DNA of 64,000 nucleotides from an uncultured Bacteroidota bacterium (GCA_902546725.1 CACCLB010000007.1:35208-99207); one strand, 5' to 3'. Numbered from the stretch's first letter, positions 18,463 to 32,032 are shown. Translations and numbers: made by a program. Notes: generated by a model not told the origin, from the sequence alone.

Positions 18463-19506
18463 ATGTACAAAAGAAAACTACTTGTTGCGATTAGCCTGAT
18501 TGGAGTTCTCATTGGTGTTTACTTTGTGATCAACTTTTATCAGATCTTTTTTTGGAGCAATACGGCTTTTAACAATGAGGCCTCTTATGTATTTATCGAT
18601 AGAGATGATACCATAGACTCCCTTGAGGTTCAGCTCCTTCCACTTTTAAAGTCCGTAGATCGTTTTTTACTTGCTGCTGAAAAAAAAGGCTATACTACTC
18701 GTGTCCGTCCAGGGAAATACAAAATAGTTCCTGAGATGGGAAATAACGAGTTGATCAATGTACTGCGCTCCCAAAAGCAAACGGTTTCCGTTGTCTTTAA
18801 CAATCAAGAACGATTGGAAGATTTGGCAGTGCGTATTGCAGCTCAAATCGAACCAGATATGGATGAGTTGCTACAGGCTTTTTACGATGATGAATTTTTA
18901 GAATCCAATGGGTTTACCAAAGAAAATGCTTTGTGTATGTATTTGCCCAATTCTCACAATGCCTTTTGGGATGCTAGCGCTGAGGGCTTTAGAGAGTTGA
19001 TGCTAAAAAACTACGAGCGTTTTTGGAACAAGAGGCGTTTAGGTCAAGCCAAAAAATTAGGCTTAAGCCCACAAGAGGTGTATGTTTTAGCTTCAATAGT
19101 TCACAAAGAATCTGTAAAAAAGGAAGAACAGCCACGAATTGCGGGCTTGTACCTCAATCGTTTGAGAAAGCGAATGAGACTTCAGGCAGACCCCACTGTC
19201 ATTTTTGCTATTAAAAGGGCCTCTGGAGATTTTGAGCAGGAGATCAAAAGGGTGCTTTATAAAGACCTTAAGTTAAATTCTCCTTACAACACCTATAAAG
19301 CCAAGGGGCTTCCACCAGGACCCATTTCCATGCCTGACCTTTCAGCCATTGAAGCGGTACTCAATCCTGAACAGCACGACTATCTGTATTTCGTCGCTTC
19401 TCCTAGCAAGCCTGGCTATCATTTATTTGCCAAAACTTTGGCTCAGCACAATCGCAATAAAAAAGAATACGTTAACTGGATCAACAAGCAGCGGATTTAC
19501 CGTTAA
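18463..19506 (+). CDS. mltG: endolytic murein transglycosylase (YceG-like)
   Basis: An N-terminal TM helix and a YceG domain (LASIVHKE...PTVIFA...NTYKAKGLPPGPI). Confidence 0.88.
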   Translation: MYKRKLLVAISLIGVLIGVYFVINFYQIFFWSNTAFNNEASYVFIDRDDTIDSLEVQLLPLLKSVDRFLLAAEKKGYTTRVRPGKYKIVPEMGNNELINVLRSQKQTVSVVFNNQERLEDLAVRIAAQIEPDMDELLQAFYDDEFLESNGFTKENALCMYLPNSHNAFWDASAEGFRELMLKNYERFWNKRRLGQAKKLGLSPQEVYVLASIVHKESVKKEEQPRIAGLYLNRLRKRMRLQADPTVIFAIKRASGDFEQEIKRVLYKDLKLNSPYNTYKAKGLPPGPISMPDLSAIEAVLNPEQHDYLYFVASPSKPGYHLFAKTLAQHNRNKKEYVNWINKQRIYR

Positions 19507-20228
19507 AATCCTGCTTCAATAATAAAAATACAGGGACGTTTTTCAACATCAGGCTTTTGCTTTTTCCACTCTTGTATGGTCAAGGTTTTGATAAATTCAG
19601 TACTCAAGGTCAGGTCACAAGCAATACAGACCAATGTAGAGGGAAGTAGGGTGGATATGAGATCTTTAAAAAGCACTGTGCTTCTGTAAGGAGTTTCTAT
19701 AAATAGTTGTGCCTGATTTTCACGTGTTGCTTTTTTTTCAAATTTTAAAAGCGCTTGTTTTCGTTGTTTTTGATCTACAGGTAAGTAGCCGTTAAATGCA
19801 AAGCTCTGTCCATTCAGACCCGAGCTCATCATCGCTAAAATCAATGAGGAGGGCCCTACCAGAGGTTTGACCACAACCCTAATTTTATGTGCTTTTGAAA
19901 CGATAATAGCTCCTGGATCAGCAACTCCTGGTGTGCCAGCATCTGACATCAGTCCCATAGGAACTCCTTCTAAGCAGGGGTTGAGGTAGGTTGCAATTTC
20001 TTCCTGAGTGGTAAATTTGTTCAGCGGATAAAGGTTTAGTGCGTCTTGACTTTTATTAGGAGCGAGTTTTTTGATAAACCTTCGAGCAGCTTTTTCGTTT
20101 TCAATGATAAAATGATTAAGTTCTTCTACTTTGGTCTTTACAGATAGAGGTAAAACCTCTAAAGGAGAATTGTCCCCTAGGGTTGAGGGAATAAGAAAAA
20201 GGGTACCGTAAGTGTTTTCTTTCTCCAT
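19503..20228 (-). CDS. SAM-dependent tetrapyrrole-methylase-fold methyltransferase (RsmI-like)
   Basis: LFLIPSTLGD...MSDAGTPGVADPG... matches the TP_methylase fold. Its position next to dnaA is conserved in Flavobacteriia. Confidence 0.7.
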   Translation of the reverse strand: MEKENTYGTLFLIPSTLGDNSPLEVLPLSVKTKVEELNHFIIENEKAARRFIKKLAPNKSQDALNLYPLNKFTTQEEIATYLNPCLEGVPMGLMSDAGTPGVADPGAIIVSKAHKIRVVVKPLVGPSSLILAMMSSGLNGQSFAFNGYLPVDQKQRKQALLKFEKKATRENQAQLFIETPYRSTVLFKDLISTLLPSTLVCIACDLTLSTEFIKTLTIQEWKKQKPDVEKRPCIFIIEAGF

Positions 20229-20671
20229 CAGTTTAAGGATTTTTGAATACGATTACAAGCATCGTCAAGGAGGTCATAACAGTACTGAAAACCTTCACTG
20301 CCACCGTAATATGGGTCTGGAACTTCTCTCTCAGCCCCTAAAATCAATGCTACCTTGTCAATTTCTTTTTGGGTTTCAGCAAGTGCGATTACATTTTCGT
20401 AATTGCTTTGGTCCATCACAAAAATTTTAGATAAGATATTAAAATCCTCTTTACTAAACTGTCTCGCTTTTTGGTTTTGAATTGAAATTCCATACTTATT
20501 GGCTATAGCGATGCTTCTAGGGTCAGGAGGGTTTCCTGTGTGATAGGCAGCAGTTCCTGCCGAATCAACCCTCACTCTTTTAGAGTTTACTTTACTTTCT
20601 AAAATTCCTTGGGCAAGAGGTGAACGGCAAATTTTACCCAAACAAACCATGAGTATATTTACATGTTTCAT
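20228..20671 (-). CDS. low-molecular-weight protein-tyrosine phosphatase
   Basis: P-loop CLGKICRSP (C-x5-R-S) and a DPYYG motif. Confidence 0.88.
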   Translation of the reverse strand: MKHVNILMVCLGKICRSPLAQGILESKVNSKRVRVDSAGTAAYHTGNPPDPRSIAIANKYGISIQNQKARQFSKEDFNILSKIFVMDQSNYENVIALAETQKEIDKVALILGAEREVPDPYYGGSEGFQYCYDLLDDACNRIQKSLN

Positions 20672-20683
20672 AACTTAAAGGAT

Positions 20684-22111
20684 CTATAGACTGAGTTTCT
20701 GGCTTAAGTCTTCTACGTATTTACGGAATTGCTTGTCCGTAAAGCTCAGATTGTCAACTGTTTTACAGGCGTGTAGTACCGTTGCGTGATCTCTTTTCCC
20801 AATTTGATTTCCGATACTGGCTAGTGAGGCTTTGGTGAATTTTTTAGCGAAGTACATTGCCAACTGTCGCGCCTGGACTATATGTCTCCTTCTCGTTTTC
20901 GACTGCAGCGTTTCAACATCCATCTGGAAGTAATCGGAAACAACTTTCTGAATATAGTCGATAGAAACTTCGCGTTTGGTATTTTTAACAAATTTCATCA
21001 CCACCTCTTTGGCGAGGTCTAAGGTGATTTCTGCCTTGTTGAAAGAGGATTGTGCAATTAGAGATATAATAGCTCCTTCGAGTTCACGAACGTTTGTTTT
21101 GATATTTTTAGCAACATACTCAATGATATCTTCTTCAATTTCCACACCGTCTCTATACAATTTGTTTTTGAGTATGGAGATACGCGTTTCGTAATTAGGC
21201 AATTGCAATTCTGCTGAAAGGCCCCACTTAAATCTAGAGAGCAAACGCTGTTCAATGTCTTGCATGTCAACAGGCGCTTTGTCAGAAGTTAAGATAACCT
21301 GTTTGCCGTTTTGATGAAGGTGATTGAAAATGTGGAAAAACACATCTTGAGTTCCGGTTTTACCGGATAAAAATTGAACGTCGTCAATGATGAGTACATC
21401 CAAGAGCTGATAAAAATGAATAAAATCGTTTCGAGTATTCTTTTTGACGGCTTCGATATACTGCTGGGTAAATTTCTCTGCAGCTATATATAGTACAGTT
21501 TTATCTTGATATTTCTCTTTAATCTCGACACCTATCGCATGTGCTAAGTGGGTTTTTCCTAAACCTACTCCTCCGAATATTAGAAGCGGATTAAAAGAGG
21601 TGCCTCCAGGTTTTGAAGCCACTGCTAGTGCAGCTGATCTTCCCAACCGGTTGGAGTCTCCTTCTAAAAAGTTTTCAAAACTGTAATTTGGATTCAATTG
21701 AGATTCAATCTGCAAGTTTTTGATTCCGGGTATTACAAAAGGATTTTTTAATTCAGCATTTTGAGAGTGGAGTGGAGCATCTACCTGTTGTGGACTCAAT
21801 CCAGAGCGGTTTGAACTAGGAATATTTTCTGTAAAAGCAGCGGTGTTGCCAAAACGATTTTCCATTCGGATGGAATAGACTAGACGTGCATCTGGGCCTA
21901 ATTCTTTTTGCAATGCAGTTTTAAGAAGTTTGACGTAATGTTCTTCGAGCCATTCGTAGAAAAATTTACTAGGAACTTGAATGTTTAATACATTGTCGTT
22001 AATCTTGAGGGGAACTATAGGGAGAAACCATGTCTTGTATGCCTGTGGCTGGATATTATCTTCGATAAAAGTGAGGCAGTTATTCCATACCGCAGAAGCA
22101 TTATGACTCAT
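20684..22111 (-). CDS. dnaA: chromosomal replication initiator protein DnaA
   Basis: AAA+ Walker A (GGVGLGKTHL), LIIDDVQFL, and the C-terminal DNA-binding helix (IGKRDHATVLHA). Confidence 0.98.
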   Translation of the reverse strand: MSHNASAVWNNCLTFIEDNIQPQAYKTWFLPIVPLKINDNVLNIQVPSKFFYEWLEEHYVKLLKTALQKELGPDARLVYSIRMENRFGNTAAFTENIPSSNRSGLSPQQVDAPLHSQNAELKNPFVIPGIKNLQIESQLNPNYSFENFLEGDSNRLGRSAALAVASKPGGTSFNPLLIFGGVGLGKTHLAHAIGVEIKEKYQDKTVLYIAAEKFTQQYIEAVKKNTRNDFIHFYQLLDVLIIDDVQFLSGKTGTQDVFFHIFNHLHQNGKQVILTSDKAPVDMQDIEQRLLSRFKWGLSAELQLPNYETRISILKNKLYRDGVEIEEDIIEYVAKNIKTNVRELEGAIISLIAQSSFNKAEITLDLAKEVVMKFVKNTKREVSIDYIQKVVSDYFQMDVETLQSKTRRRHIVQARQLAMYFAKKFTKASLASIGNQIGKRDHATVLHACKTVDNLSFTDKQFRKYVEDLSQKLSL

Positions 22112-22307
22112 TTAAAAAACTGAATGTTTAGTATTTAATTATTGTTTTTTCAAATCTTATTGAGCAACAAATATTCACTAAAAAAAATTCAAAAAAAAAT
22201 GAAAATGCTATTGATTAATAACTTTTTTTTTAAGATATTCTGTTGCGCAGAAATGTAGTCTTTTTATAACAATTCCTACAAAACTGCTTAAAAACTTTTT
22301 ATTCTTT

Positions 22308-22703
22308 ATGAACTATACTACTCGATCTCATGTTGTTCGATACGCAGAAACCGATCAAATGCAATTTGTTCACCACAGTAATTATTTAAAATATTTTGAA
22401 ATGGCGCGTTTGGAGTGGCTTAGTAGCTTGGGGATTTCTTATGCAGCTATGGAAAAAAATGGAATTTTGATGCCTGTAGTATCCGCTGAGCTAAACTTTA
22501 AAAAGCCCCTGTTTTTCGGTGATGAACTCAGTGTTCGAGTGGGTTTAAAAAAGCCCCCCATGGCGACTTTAGAATTTAACTATCAAATTTTAAATCAGTC
22601 TGATGAAGAAATATGTACCGGGGGTACAGTATTGGCATTTTTATCTGCTGAAAAAAATCGTCCCATGAGATGTCCAAAATTTTTATTGGATAAGTTTAAT
22701 TAA
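22308..22703 (+). CDS. acyl-CoA thioesterase, 4HBT/YbgC family
   Basis: A hotdog-fold N-terminus (VRYAETDQMQFVHHSNYLKYFE). Confidence 0.8.
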   Translation: MNYTTRSHVVRYAETDQMQFVHHSNYLKYFEMARLEWLSSLGISYAAMEKNGILMPVVSAELNFKKPLFFGDELSVRVGLKKPPMATLEFNYQILNQSDEEICTGGTVLAFLSAEKNRPMRCPKFLLDKFN

Positions 22704-23736
22704 AATAGGTTCGAATCAGGTTGTCACTGACTGCCTCTTCTTTATTGAAATCAATATTGAGTAGGGGAGCTTTTACCCCTTTGGTTAATTTACTTGGTGC
22801 AGTTATTACTCTTGCCTCGTCCCATAAATTTGATTCTATAAATGAGTTAAGTGTTTTTTGACCTCCTTCTACAAAAAGCGACACTAGTTTTCTTTGGTAA
22901 CTAAACTCCATAAGTTTTTCAAGTTTAAAAGGGTTTAAGCTAAAATGCTCCTTTTGGGTTCTGGAAATAGAATTAGGTTTGTGATGGTTTAATAGAACGG
23001 CAGGTAGCTCGTCTGTTAGTACAGTAGCATTTTTGGTAATTCGATTGGACGGGTCGAGTATTAGACGCAGTGGATTCTTTCCCGTCCATTCTCTAGTGCT
23101 CAGTACAGGATTGTCATCAACAACGGTTTGCACTCCCACTAATATGGACGTTTCTTGACTTCGCCATTGATGAACTTTCTGTTTTACCAATTCATTAGAG
23201 ATCCAAAAAGGCTGTTTTGTTTCTTTTTTTAATGGAGCGATAAAACCATCTTCAGTTTGTGCCCATTTCAAAATAATATAAGGACGGTTTTTTTGATGGT
23301 AGGTGTAAAACCTTCTATTTAAAAATTCAGCTTCCTCTTTTAATACATTTTCAATTACTTCAACCCCTGCATTTTTAAGCCTTTCAATACCTCTTCCCGC
23401 TACTTGAGGATTTGGGTCTCTGGATGCGATCACTACCTTTTTGATTCCAGTTTTTATAATCAAATCAGCACAAGGGGGTGTTTTACCAAAATGAGAACAG
23501 GGTTCTAGATTGACGTAAAGGGTTGTTTTTGGGAATAAGGAGGAGTTTTCGACTTGATTGATTGCGTTGACTTCGGCATGAGCTTCTCCCGCTCTTAGAT
23601 GCCAGCCTTCCCCAATGATTTTATTTTGATAAACAACAAGGGCACCTACCAAAGGGTTTGGATGGGTGTTCCCCAAGGCTTTTTCGGCCAAGGACAAACA
23701 ACGTTGCATAAACGGTAGGTGTGTATTGTTATTCAA
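22696..23736 (-). CDS. ribD: bifunctional riboflavin biosynthesis deaminase/reductase RibD
   Basis: The HAEVNAI and PCSHFGKTPPC zinc-deaminase motifs are present, plus a reductase domain. The start is either TTG at 23736 or ATG at 23709. Confidence 0.92.
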   Translation of the reverse strand: MNNNTHLPFMQRCLSLAEKALGNTHPNPLVGALVVYQNKIIGEGWHLRAGEAHAEVNAINQVENSSLFPKTTLYVNLEPCSHFGKTPPCADLIIKTGIKKVVIASRDPNPQVAGRGIERLKNAGVEVIENVLKEEAEFLNRRFYTYHQKNRPYIILKWAQTEDGFIAPLKKETKQPFWISNELVKQKVHQWRSQETSILVGVQTVVDDNPVLSTREWTGKNPLRLILDPSNRITKNATVLTDELPAVLLNHHKPNSISRTQKEHFSLNPFKLEKLMEFSYQRKLVSLFVEGGQKTLNSFIESNLWDEARVITAPSKLTKGVKAPLLNIDFNKEEAVSDNLIRTYFN

Positions 23737-23808
23737 TTGTTAAAATATTTTGGTCAGTACGATCAAGTACACTATAATTGAGGCTAAATTTATAACAAAA
23801 ATAAGGGA

Positions 23809-24284
23809 ATGAGGATTCGTGAGATAGAGAATACCGATAATGTAAAACTAGCCGTTGCTATTCGCAAGGTCTTGATAGAAATGGGTGTGCCAAAAGTGGG
23901 TACTGCCTATGCTGATGTTGAACTGGACGCTATGTTTGAGGCTTATCAGGAGGATCGATTTATATATTTTGTTGTTGAACAAGCAGGTAAGATACTCGGA
24001 GGAGCAGGGATTGCTCCATTGAAAAATGGAGATCCTAAAGTATGCGAGTTACAAAAAATGTATTTCCTCCCTCAAGCAAGAGGAAAAGGTTTGGGAAAAC
24101 AAATGATTCAACGCTGTTTGGATTTTGCAAAAGCAAATCATTTTAAACAGTGCTATATAGAAACCATGCCCAATATGGAAGCCGCTCAAAAATTATATCT
24201 CAATACAGGTTTTACTTATATCGACCACTCAATGGGTGATACTGGGCATTCTTCCTGTCCAATTTGGATGATAAAATCTTTGTG

Positions 24285-24285
<1 letters not shown>
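23809..24285 (+). CDS. GNAT family N-acetyltransferase
   Basis: QARGKGLGKQMI is an acetyl-CoA motif. Confidence 0.75.
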
Positions 24286-27138
<2,853 letters not shown>

Positions 27139-27235
27139 AGAATCAGAATGTTATATTTATAACATTATTTTAAATTTTGTCCATAATGGTTATTTTTTTT
27201 AGTGTGCATAAGGGTTTCTTTAATATTGTTGAATA

Positions 27236-27760
27236 ATGGCGGCTTTACTATCAAGTTTTGTAATGCGGTTGCGCCTAAAAGAACTATTAAAGCGCATCTC
27301 GTCTCAGTCTAAGGGTAAACAGAGAAAATTTCAATCCCTTTTGATAGTTTGTTCTGAAGAGCACTCACATAAAGAAGAGCTATTTCTAGAATTTGCAAAG
27401 CAATTTGGTATTGCGCCAATCAGTATAACAGTAATTGTTTTGAGTAATAAAGAAATTTTGGAGACCGTAGAGACATCAATTGAAACACATTTTTTCACAA
27501 AAAAATCCGTTGGTTTTTTTGGAAAACTTCCTGTTTCACTAAAACAATTGTTTAAAAAGAAGTTTGATTTACAAATCAATTTTTTTAACTCATCAGCAGT
27601 CTTTACTGAATTTGTAAGTGCTTCTTTTGATTCATCTCTTCGAGTAGGTTTTTCAAAGTGTAATCACCAGTTGAACGATTTGATCTTGGATATTGATCCG
27701 AATGAGGGAGAGCTTTTTCTAAAGGAGACCAATACCTATCTCAAAGCAATTTTAAATTGA
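27236..27760 (+). CDS. conserved hypothetical protein
   Basis: A 174 aa ORF between ligA and dapA with no recognisable motif. Confidence 0.5.
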   Translation: MAALLSSFVMRLRLKELLKRISSQSKGKQRKFQSLLIVCSEEHSHKEELFLEFAKQFGIAPISITVIVLSNKEILETVETSIETHFFTKKSVGFFGKLPVSLKQLFKKKFDLQINFFNSSAVFTEFVSASFDSSLRVGFSKCNHQLNDLILDIDPNEGELFLKETNTYLKAILN

Positions 27761-27767
27761 TTAAACA

Positions 27768-28643
27768 ATGGATTTAAAAGGTTTAGGAGTTGCGATGGTA
27801 ACCCCATTTACACCCGAAGGACAGCTAGATTGTAATGCTATACCTGATGTAGTTGAAAACATCACCACAGGCAGGGCAGATTACCTCGTAATAATGGGTA
27901 CAACAGCTGAGGCTGCTTGTTTAACCTCAGATGAAAGAGATCAGGTTATTAAAACCGTAATTGATTCGAATTACGGAAAGCTTCCTTTAGTTATTGGTAT
28001 CGGTGGAAACAATACAGCCAAAGTAGTTGAAGAGATCAACAACACTGACCTTTCTCCTTTTCAAGCGATTATGTCGGTTTGCCCTTACTACAATAAACCC
28101 ACTCAGGAAGGAATTTATCAGCATTTTAAAAAGATTGCAAATGCAAGTCCACTGCCTATCATTGTTTACAATGTTCCTTCGAGAACAGGAGTTTCTATAG
28201 AAGTTGACACTTTTGTTCGTTTGGCAAATGATTTTGAAAACATAATTGCAATTAAAGAAGCCAGTGGTGATATGAGTCAGGCAGAGCTCTTAATCAAAAA
28301 ATGTCCTGCTCATGTGCAAGTCATTTCTGGCGAAGATGCACTGAATTTACCCATGTTACTGGCAGGTGCAGTTGGAACTATTTCAGTACTTGGCAACGCG
28401 CTACCTGTACCCATAATTAGAATGTTTCATTATGTAGCTGAAGGCAATCTTAAAAAGGCCTATGAATTGCATTATGAATTGTTGGACATCATATCGCTCT
28501 TATTTGAAGAGGGAAATCCGGCTGGTATCAAAGCCTTGTTAGAGACTCTTTCCTTGTGTAATAAGACTGTTCGTTTGCCCCTAGTGAGTGCTAGTGACCA
28601 ACTTTGTGTTAAAATTGAAAAGGCATTAGAGCGCACTATTTAG
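27768..28643 (+). CDS. dapA: 4-hydroxy-tetrahydrodipicolinate synthase
   Basis: GVAMVTPF...GTTAEA...YNVPSRTG...IKEASG is the typical DapA pattern. Confidence 0.95.
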   Translation: MDLKGLGVAMVTPFTPEGQLDCNAIPDVVENITTGRADYLVIMGTTAEAACLTSDERDQVIKTVIDSNYGKLPLVIGIGGNNTAKVVEEINNTDLSPFQAIMSVCPYYNKPTQEGIYQHFKKIANASPLPIIVYNVPSRTGVSIEVDTFVRLANDFENIIAIKEASGDMSQAELLIKKCPAHVQVISGEDALNLPMLLAGAVGTISVLGNALPVPIIRMFHYVAEGNLKKAYELHYELLDIISLLFEEGNPAGIKALLETLSLCNKTVRLPLVSASDQLCVKIEKALERTI

Positions 28644-28727
28644 TACCCTTTAGGTTTTCCAAATACATTTAACATCACCTTTGCAATAAAAATTTCCATT
28701 GTCATTGATATTTAGTACTTTCGCAGC

Positions 28728-29555
28728 ATGAAAACAAGGTTGCTTTGTGTATTGTCAATTGCTCTAGCTGGACTAGTCAGTACTTCATGTAGTGACTATC
28801 AAAAGTTATTAAACGGAGACGATACAGCTGAAAAGTATAAACAGGCCGAAGTCTATTACAACAATGGGGAATATCTTAAAGCAAATCGTCTTTTAGAGCA
28901 AATTATTCCCAAGTATCGCGGAAAGCCTCAAGCTCAACGGATTATTTTCTTTTTTGCCGAAAGTTATTTTCAGACTAAAAGTTATTTATTAGCAGCCTAT
29001 CAGTTTGAAAATTTCATTAAATCTTATCCTAAAAGCGATCGGGTTCAAGAAGCGAGTTTTAAAGCTGCGAAAAGTTATTATTACCAATCACCCCGTTTTA
29101 GCCTCGATCAAGAGGATACTTACACAGCCATAGAAAAATTGCAAGTTTTCCTCAATTTATATCCCAATTCAGAATATGCTATAGAAGCTAATCAAATGAT
29201 TGCCGAATTGCAAGAAAAATTGGAGCAAAAAGATTTTGAAATCGCAAAGCAGTACTACACGATCAGAGATTATAAAGCTGCTATTAAAGCCAATGAAAAT
29301 TTTGTATCCAGCTTTCCTGGGACTAAATTTAGAGAAGAGTCACTTTACACCAAATTCATAGCCTCTTGTGAGATAGCGGTAAATAGTGTTGACTCCAAAA
29401 AGAAAGAGCGTTTAGAAGAGCTTATCCAACAATACAATACCATCGTTCGTTATTATCCAGAGTCTTTGTTTTTAGAGGATTTAGACAAACGAATGACTAA
29501 GGTCAACGAAGACCTAGACCAACTTAACCAAGACAGTTCACAACAAACAAAATAA
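28728..29555 (+). CDS. bamD: outer membrane protein assembly factor BamD (TPR lipoprotein)
   Basis: A lipoprotein signal (LVSTSC) and TPR repeats. The bamD-rpoZ-coaBC synteny is conserved. Confidence 0.8.
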   Translation: MKTRLLCVLSIALAGLVSTSCSDYQKLLNGDDTAEKYKQAEVYYNNGEYLKANRLLEQIIPKYRGKPQAQRIIFFFAESYFQTKSYLLAAYQFENFIKSYPKSDRVQEASFKAAKSYYYQSPRFSLDQEDTYTAIEKLQVFLNLYPNSEYAIEANQMIAELQEKLEQKDFEIAKQYYTIRDYKAAIKANENFVSSFPGTKFREESLYTKFIASCEIAVNSVDSKKKERLEELIQQYNTIVRYYPESLFLEDLDKRMTKVNEDLDQLNQDSSQQTK

Positions 29556-29558
29556 ATC

Positions 29559-29888
29559 ATGACAAAGTACAGAGAATCAAAAGCTGCGTTAACTTCCAAA
29601 ACATACGACAGAAACGAAATGGAAGGTTCTACAGAGAATATTTACGAAGCACTTTCAATCATCGCCAAACGTTCCAATCAAATCAATTTGGACATCAAAA
29701 AAGAACTACACGAAAAGTTAGATGAATTTGCTACTGACAACGATAGTTTGGAAGAGATTTTTGAAAACAAAGAGCAAATTGAGGTGTCGCGTTTTTATGA
29801 GCGTTTGCCAAAACCTCACGCAATGGCGATAGAAGAGTGGTTGAATGATAAAATTTACCACAGACGTACTGACGAACCCAAAATCTAA
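29559..29888 (+). CDS. rpoZ: DNA-directed RNA polymerase subunit omega (Bacteroidota type)
   Basis: 109 aa, acidic. The call rests on its position between bamD and coaBC and on the NIYEALSIIAKRSNQI segment. Confidence 0.6.
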   Translation: MTKYRESKAALTSKTYDRNEMEGSTENIYEALSIIAKRSNQINLDIKKELHEKLDEFATDNDSLEEIFENKEQIEVSRFYERLPKPHAMAIEEWLNDKIYHRRTDEPKI

Positions 29889-29891
29889 TAC

Positions 29892-31094
29892 ATGAGTTTG
29901 TTGAGTGGCAAAAAGATTTTACTCGGTATTACCGGGGGTATTGCCGCTTACAAAACTCCATTATTGGTTAGAGCGCTAATACAACAATCTGCAGAGGTAA
30001 AGGTTGTCATGACTCCCTCATCCAAGGATTTTGTCAGTCCATTAACGCTATCCACACTATCAAAAAATCCAGTTTTATCAACTTTTACTGCTGAGGATTC
30101 AGATAACCCTGTTTGGAACGATCATGTTGAACTTGGACAATGGGCTGACCTATTATTAGTTGCCCCAGCTACAGCCAACACACTCTCCTCTATGGTGCAT
30201 GGCAGATGCAATAACCTTCTTTTAGCAGTCTATCTATCAGCAAAATGTCCAGTATTCATTGCTCCGGCCATGGATTTGGATATGTATGCCCATCCGTCTA
30301 CACAAGAAAATATAAACACTTTAAAATCCTTTGGAAATCATGTGCTTCCTGTCGGTGAGGGATTTTTAGCCAGTGGGCTTGAAGGAAAAGGAAGAATGTT
30401 GGAGCCAGAAGAAATGGTTTCAAAAGTGGTATCCTTTTTTAATCCCACATTAGAACTCAAGGGCAAAAAAGTTCTGATAACAGCCGGTCCTACCTATGAA
30501 GCTATAGATCCTGTTCGTTTTATCGGCAATCATTCTTCAGGTAAGATGGGTTATGCTTTAGCCGAGGTTGCACTTAAGATGGGAGCGGCGGTAACTCTTA
30601 TCTCTGGACCCAGTTCTGAAAAAATAAACCACCCTTCATTAAAATTAATTAAGGTGGTGAGTGCGGAAGAGATGTTGACCGCTGTTCAAGAATTTTATGA
30701 TTCGACAGATATTGCCATAGCAGCAGCAGCAGTAGCTGATTTTAAGCCTAAAAAAATAGCCTCTAACAAGCTAAAAAAAGAGAGCGGTTTAGCTCATATT
30801 TCACTCGTCCCTACAGTTGACATACTATCCTATATGGGAGAGAAGAAAAAGAAGCAAAAACTCATCGGTTTTGCCCTTGAAACTGAAAATGAACTTGAGC
30901 ATGCCAAAGGAAAACTAAGTCGTAAAAACTTAGACGGTATTGTATTGAATTCACTTCAAGACCCCGATGCAGGATTTTCAGTTACGACAAACAAAATAAC
31001 CTTTATTCATGCTGATTTTCGAGCTGAATCTTATCCATTGCAATCCAAACTTGAATGTGCCCAAAGAATATTTGAACAAATCTTAACCTTATGA
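29892..31094 (+). CDS. coaBC: bifunctional phosphopantothenoylcysteine decarboxylase / phosphopantothenate--cysteine ligase
   Basis: A flavoprotein domain (GITGGIAAYK, PAMDLDMY) and a CoaB domain (ITAGPTYEAIDPVRFIGNHSSGKMG). Confidence 0.95.
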   Translation: MSLLSGKKILLGITGGIAAYKTPLLVRALIQQSAEVKVVMTPSSKDFVSPLTLSTLSKNPVLSTFTAEDSDNPVWNDHVELGQWADLLLVAPATANTLSSMVHGRCNNLLLAVYLSAKCPVFIAPAMDLDMYAHPSTQENINTLKSFGNHVLPVGEGFLASGLEGKGRMLEPEEMVSKVVSFFNPTLELKGKKVLITAGPTYEAIDPVRFIGNHSSGKMGYALAEVALKMGAAVTLISGPSSEKINHPSLKLIKVVSAEEMLTAVQEFYDSTDIAIAAAAVADFKPKKIASNKLKKESGLAHISLVPTVDILSYMGEKKKKQKLIGFALETENELEHAKGKLSRKNLDGIVLNSLQDPDAGFSVTTNKITFIHADFRAESYPLQSKLECAQRIFEQILTL

Positions 31095-31981
31095 AAAACG
31101 TATTCGTCCTAATTGTCCTTATTTTTTCTTTCTATTCAGCAAGCGCCCAAGAATTAAATGCCCAAGTTATTGTCAACTCTGATTTAGTCAACCAAACCAA
31201 CCAGCAAATTTTTAAAACCTTGGAGCGTTCCTTAAATGAGTTTTTAAACACTCAGGTATGGACCAATCAAGATCTACTGCCACAGGAAAAAATCACTTGT
31301 TCCTTTGTTTTTAATTTGACAAATTACAGTAACGATCAATTTGAAGCGACTTTACAAGTCCAATCTCAGCGTCCTGTTTTTGATTCCAATTACGACACTC
31401 CTGTGCTCAACTTTTTAGACCGAGATATCGTGTTCAGCTATCAAGAATTTCAGCCGCTCTTTTTCAATCAGTCGAGCTTTGAGTCCAATTTGGTTTCCCT
31501 CCTTAGTTTTTATGCCTACGTGATTATCGGTTTGGATGCCGATACTTTTATTGAAAATGGGGGAAGTGTATATTACGAACAAGCACTTCAAGTCGTCAAT
31601 TTGGCTCAGGTTACTTCACGAAAGGGTTGGAAGCCTTCAGACGGCACTAGAAATCGTTTTTGGATCATAGATAATCTCAGAGCAAATACTTTTAGAGAAT
31701 ACAGACAAGCACTTTACGCATATCACAGAGCAGGTTTAGATCAAATGACCACCAAACCTTTGGAGGGAAAGGAGGCCATTATGAAAGCCATTCAGCAGTT
31801 AGAGCCATTGTTTCTCCGAAGACCCAATGCCTTTTTACTGCAAATATTTTTCGATGCCAAGGTCGAGGAAATTGTAAATTTATTTCAAGAAGGTCCGAAA
31901 GTTGACTTCAAAGAAACGGAAGCAGTACTTAAAAAAATTGCTCCTTTTTTTGGTTCTAGATGGAAACAAATTAAGGCTTGA
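31091..31981 (+). CDS. DUF4835 family protein (secreted)
   Basis: It has a signal peptide and holds the conserved position between coaBC and recN in Flavobacteriia. Confidence 0.6.
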   Translation: MKNVFVLIVLIFSFYSASAQELNAQVIVNSDLVNQTNQQIFKTLERSLNEFLNTQVWTNQDLLPQEKITCSFVFNLTNYSNDQFEATLQVQSQRPVFDSNYDTPVLNFLDRDIVFSYQEFQPLFFNQSSFESNLVSLLSFYAYVIIGLDADTFIENGGSVYYEQALQVVNLAQVTSRKGWKPSDGTRNRFWIIDNLRANTFREYRQALYAYHRAGLDQMTTKPLEGKEAIMKAIQQLEPLFLRRPNAFLLQIFFDAKVEEIVNLFQEGPKVDFKETEAVLKKIAPFFGSRWKQIKA

Positions 31982-32032
31982 TTTTTTTATTATTCCTATC
32001 TTTATTTCATTAAATAAATTATTCCTGAAGCT

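Noticed and set aside
22112-22307. The AT-rich 196 bp region upstream of dnaA could be oriC.
   Set aside because: By eye I found no 9-mer within one mismatch of TTATCCACA / TGTGGATAA. The best is ATATTCACT at 6/9. Gene orientation flips at about 17.1 kb rather than here and flips again at about 43 kb. Without GC-skew and a DnaA-box PWM scan the call is unsupported.
22708-22717. GGTTCGAATC, a tRNA T-arm-like motif, could mark a tRNA.
   Set aside because: It lies inside the ribD C-terminal coding sequence and the thioesterase 3' end. The flanking sequence is AT-rich with no acceptor or anticodon stems. It is coincidental.
23737-23808. An FMN riboswitch could lie upstream of ribD, and similarly a lysine riboswitch upstream of dapA at 27761-27767.
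   Set aside because: The leaders are only 72 nt and 7 nt long and lack the conserved cores. They are too short for either aptamer.
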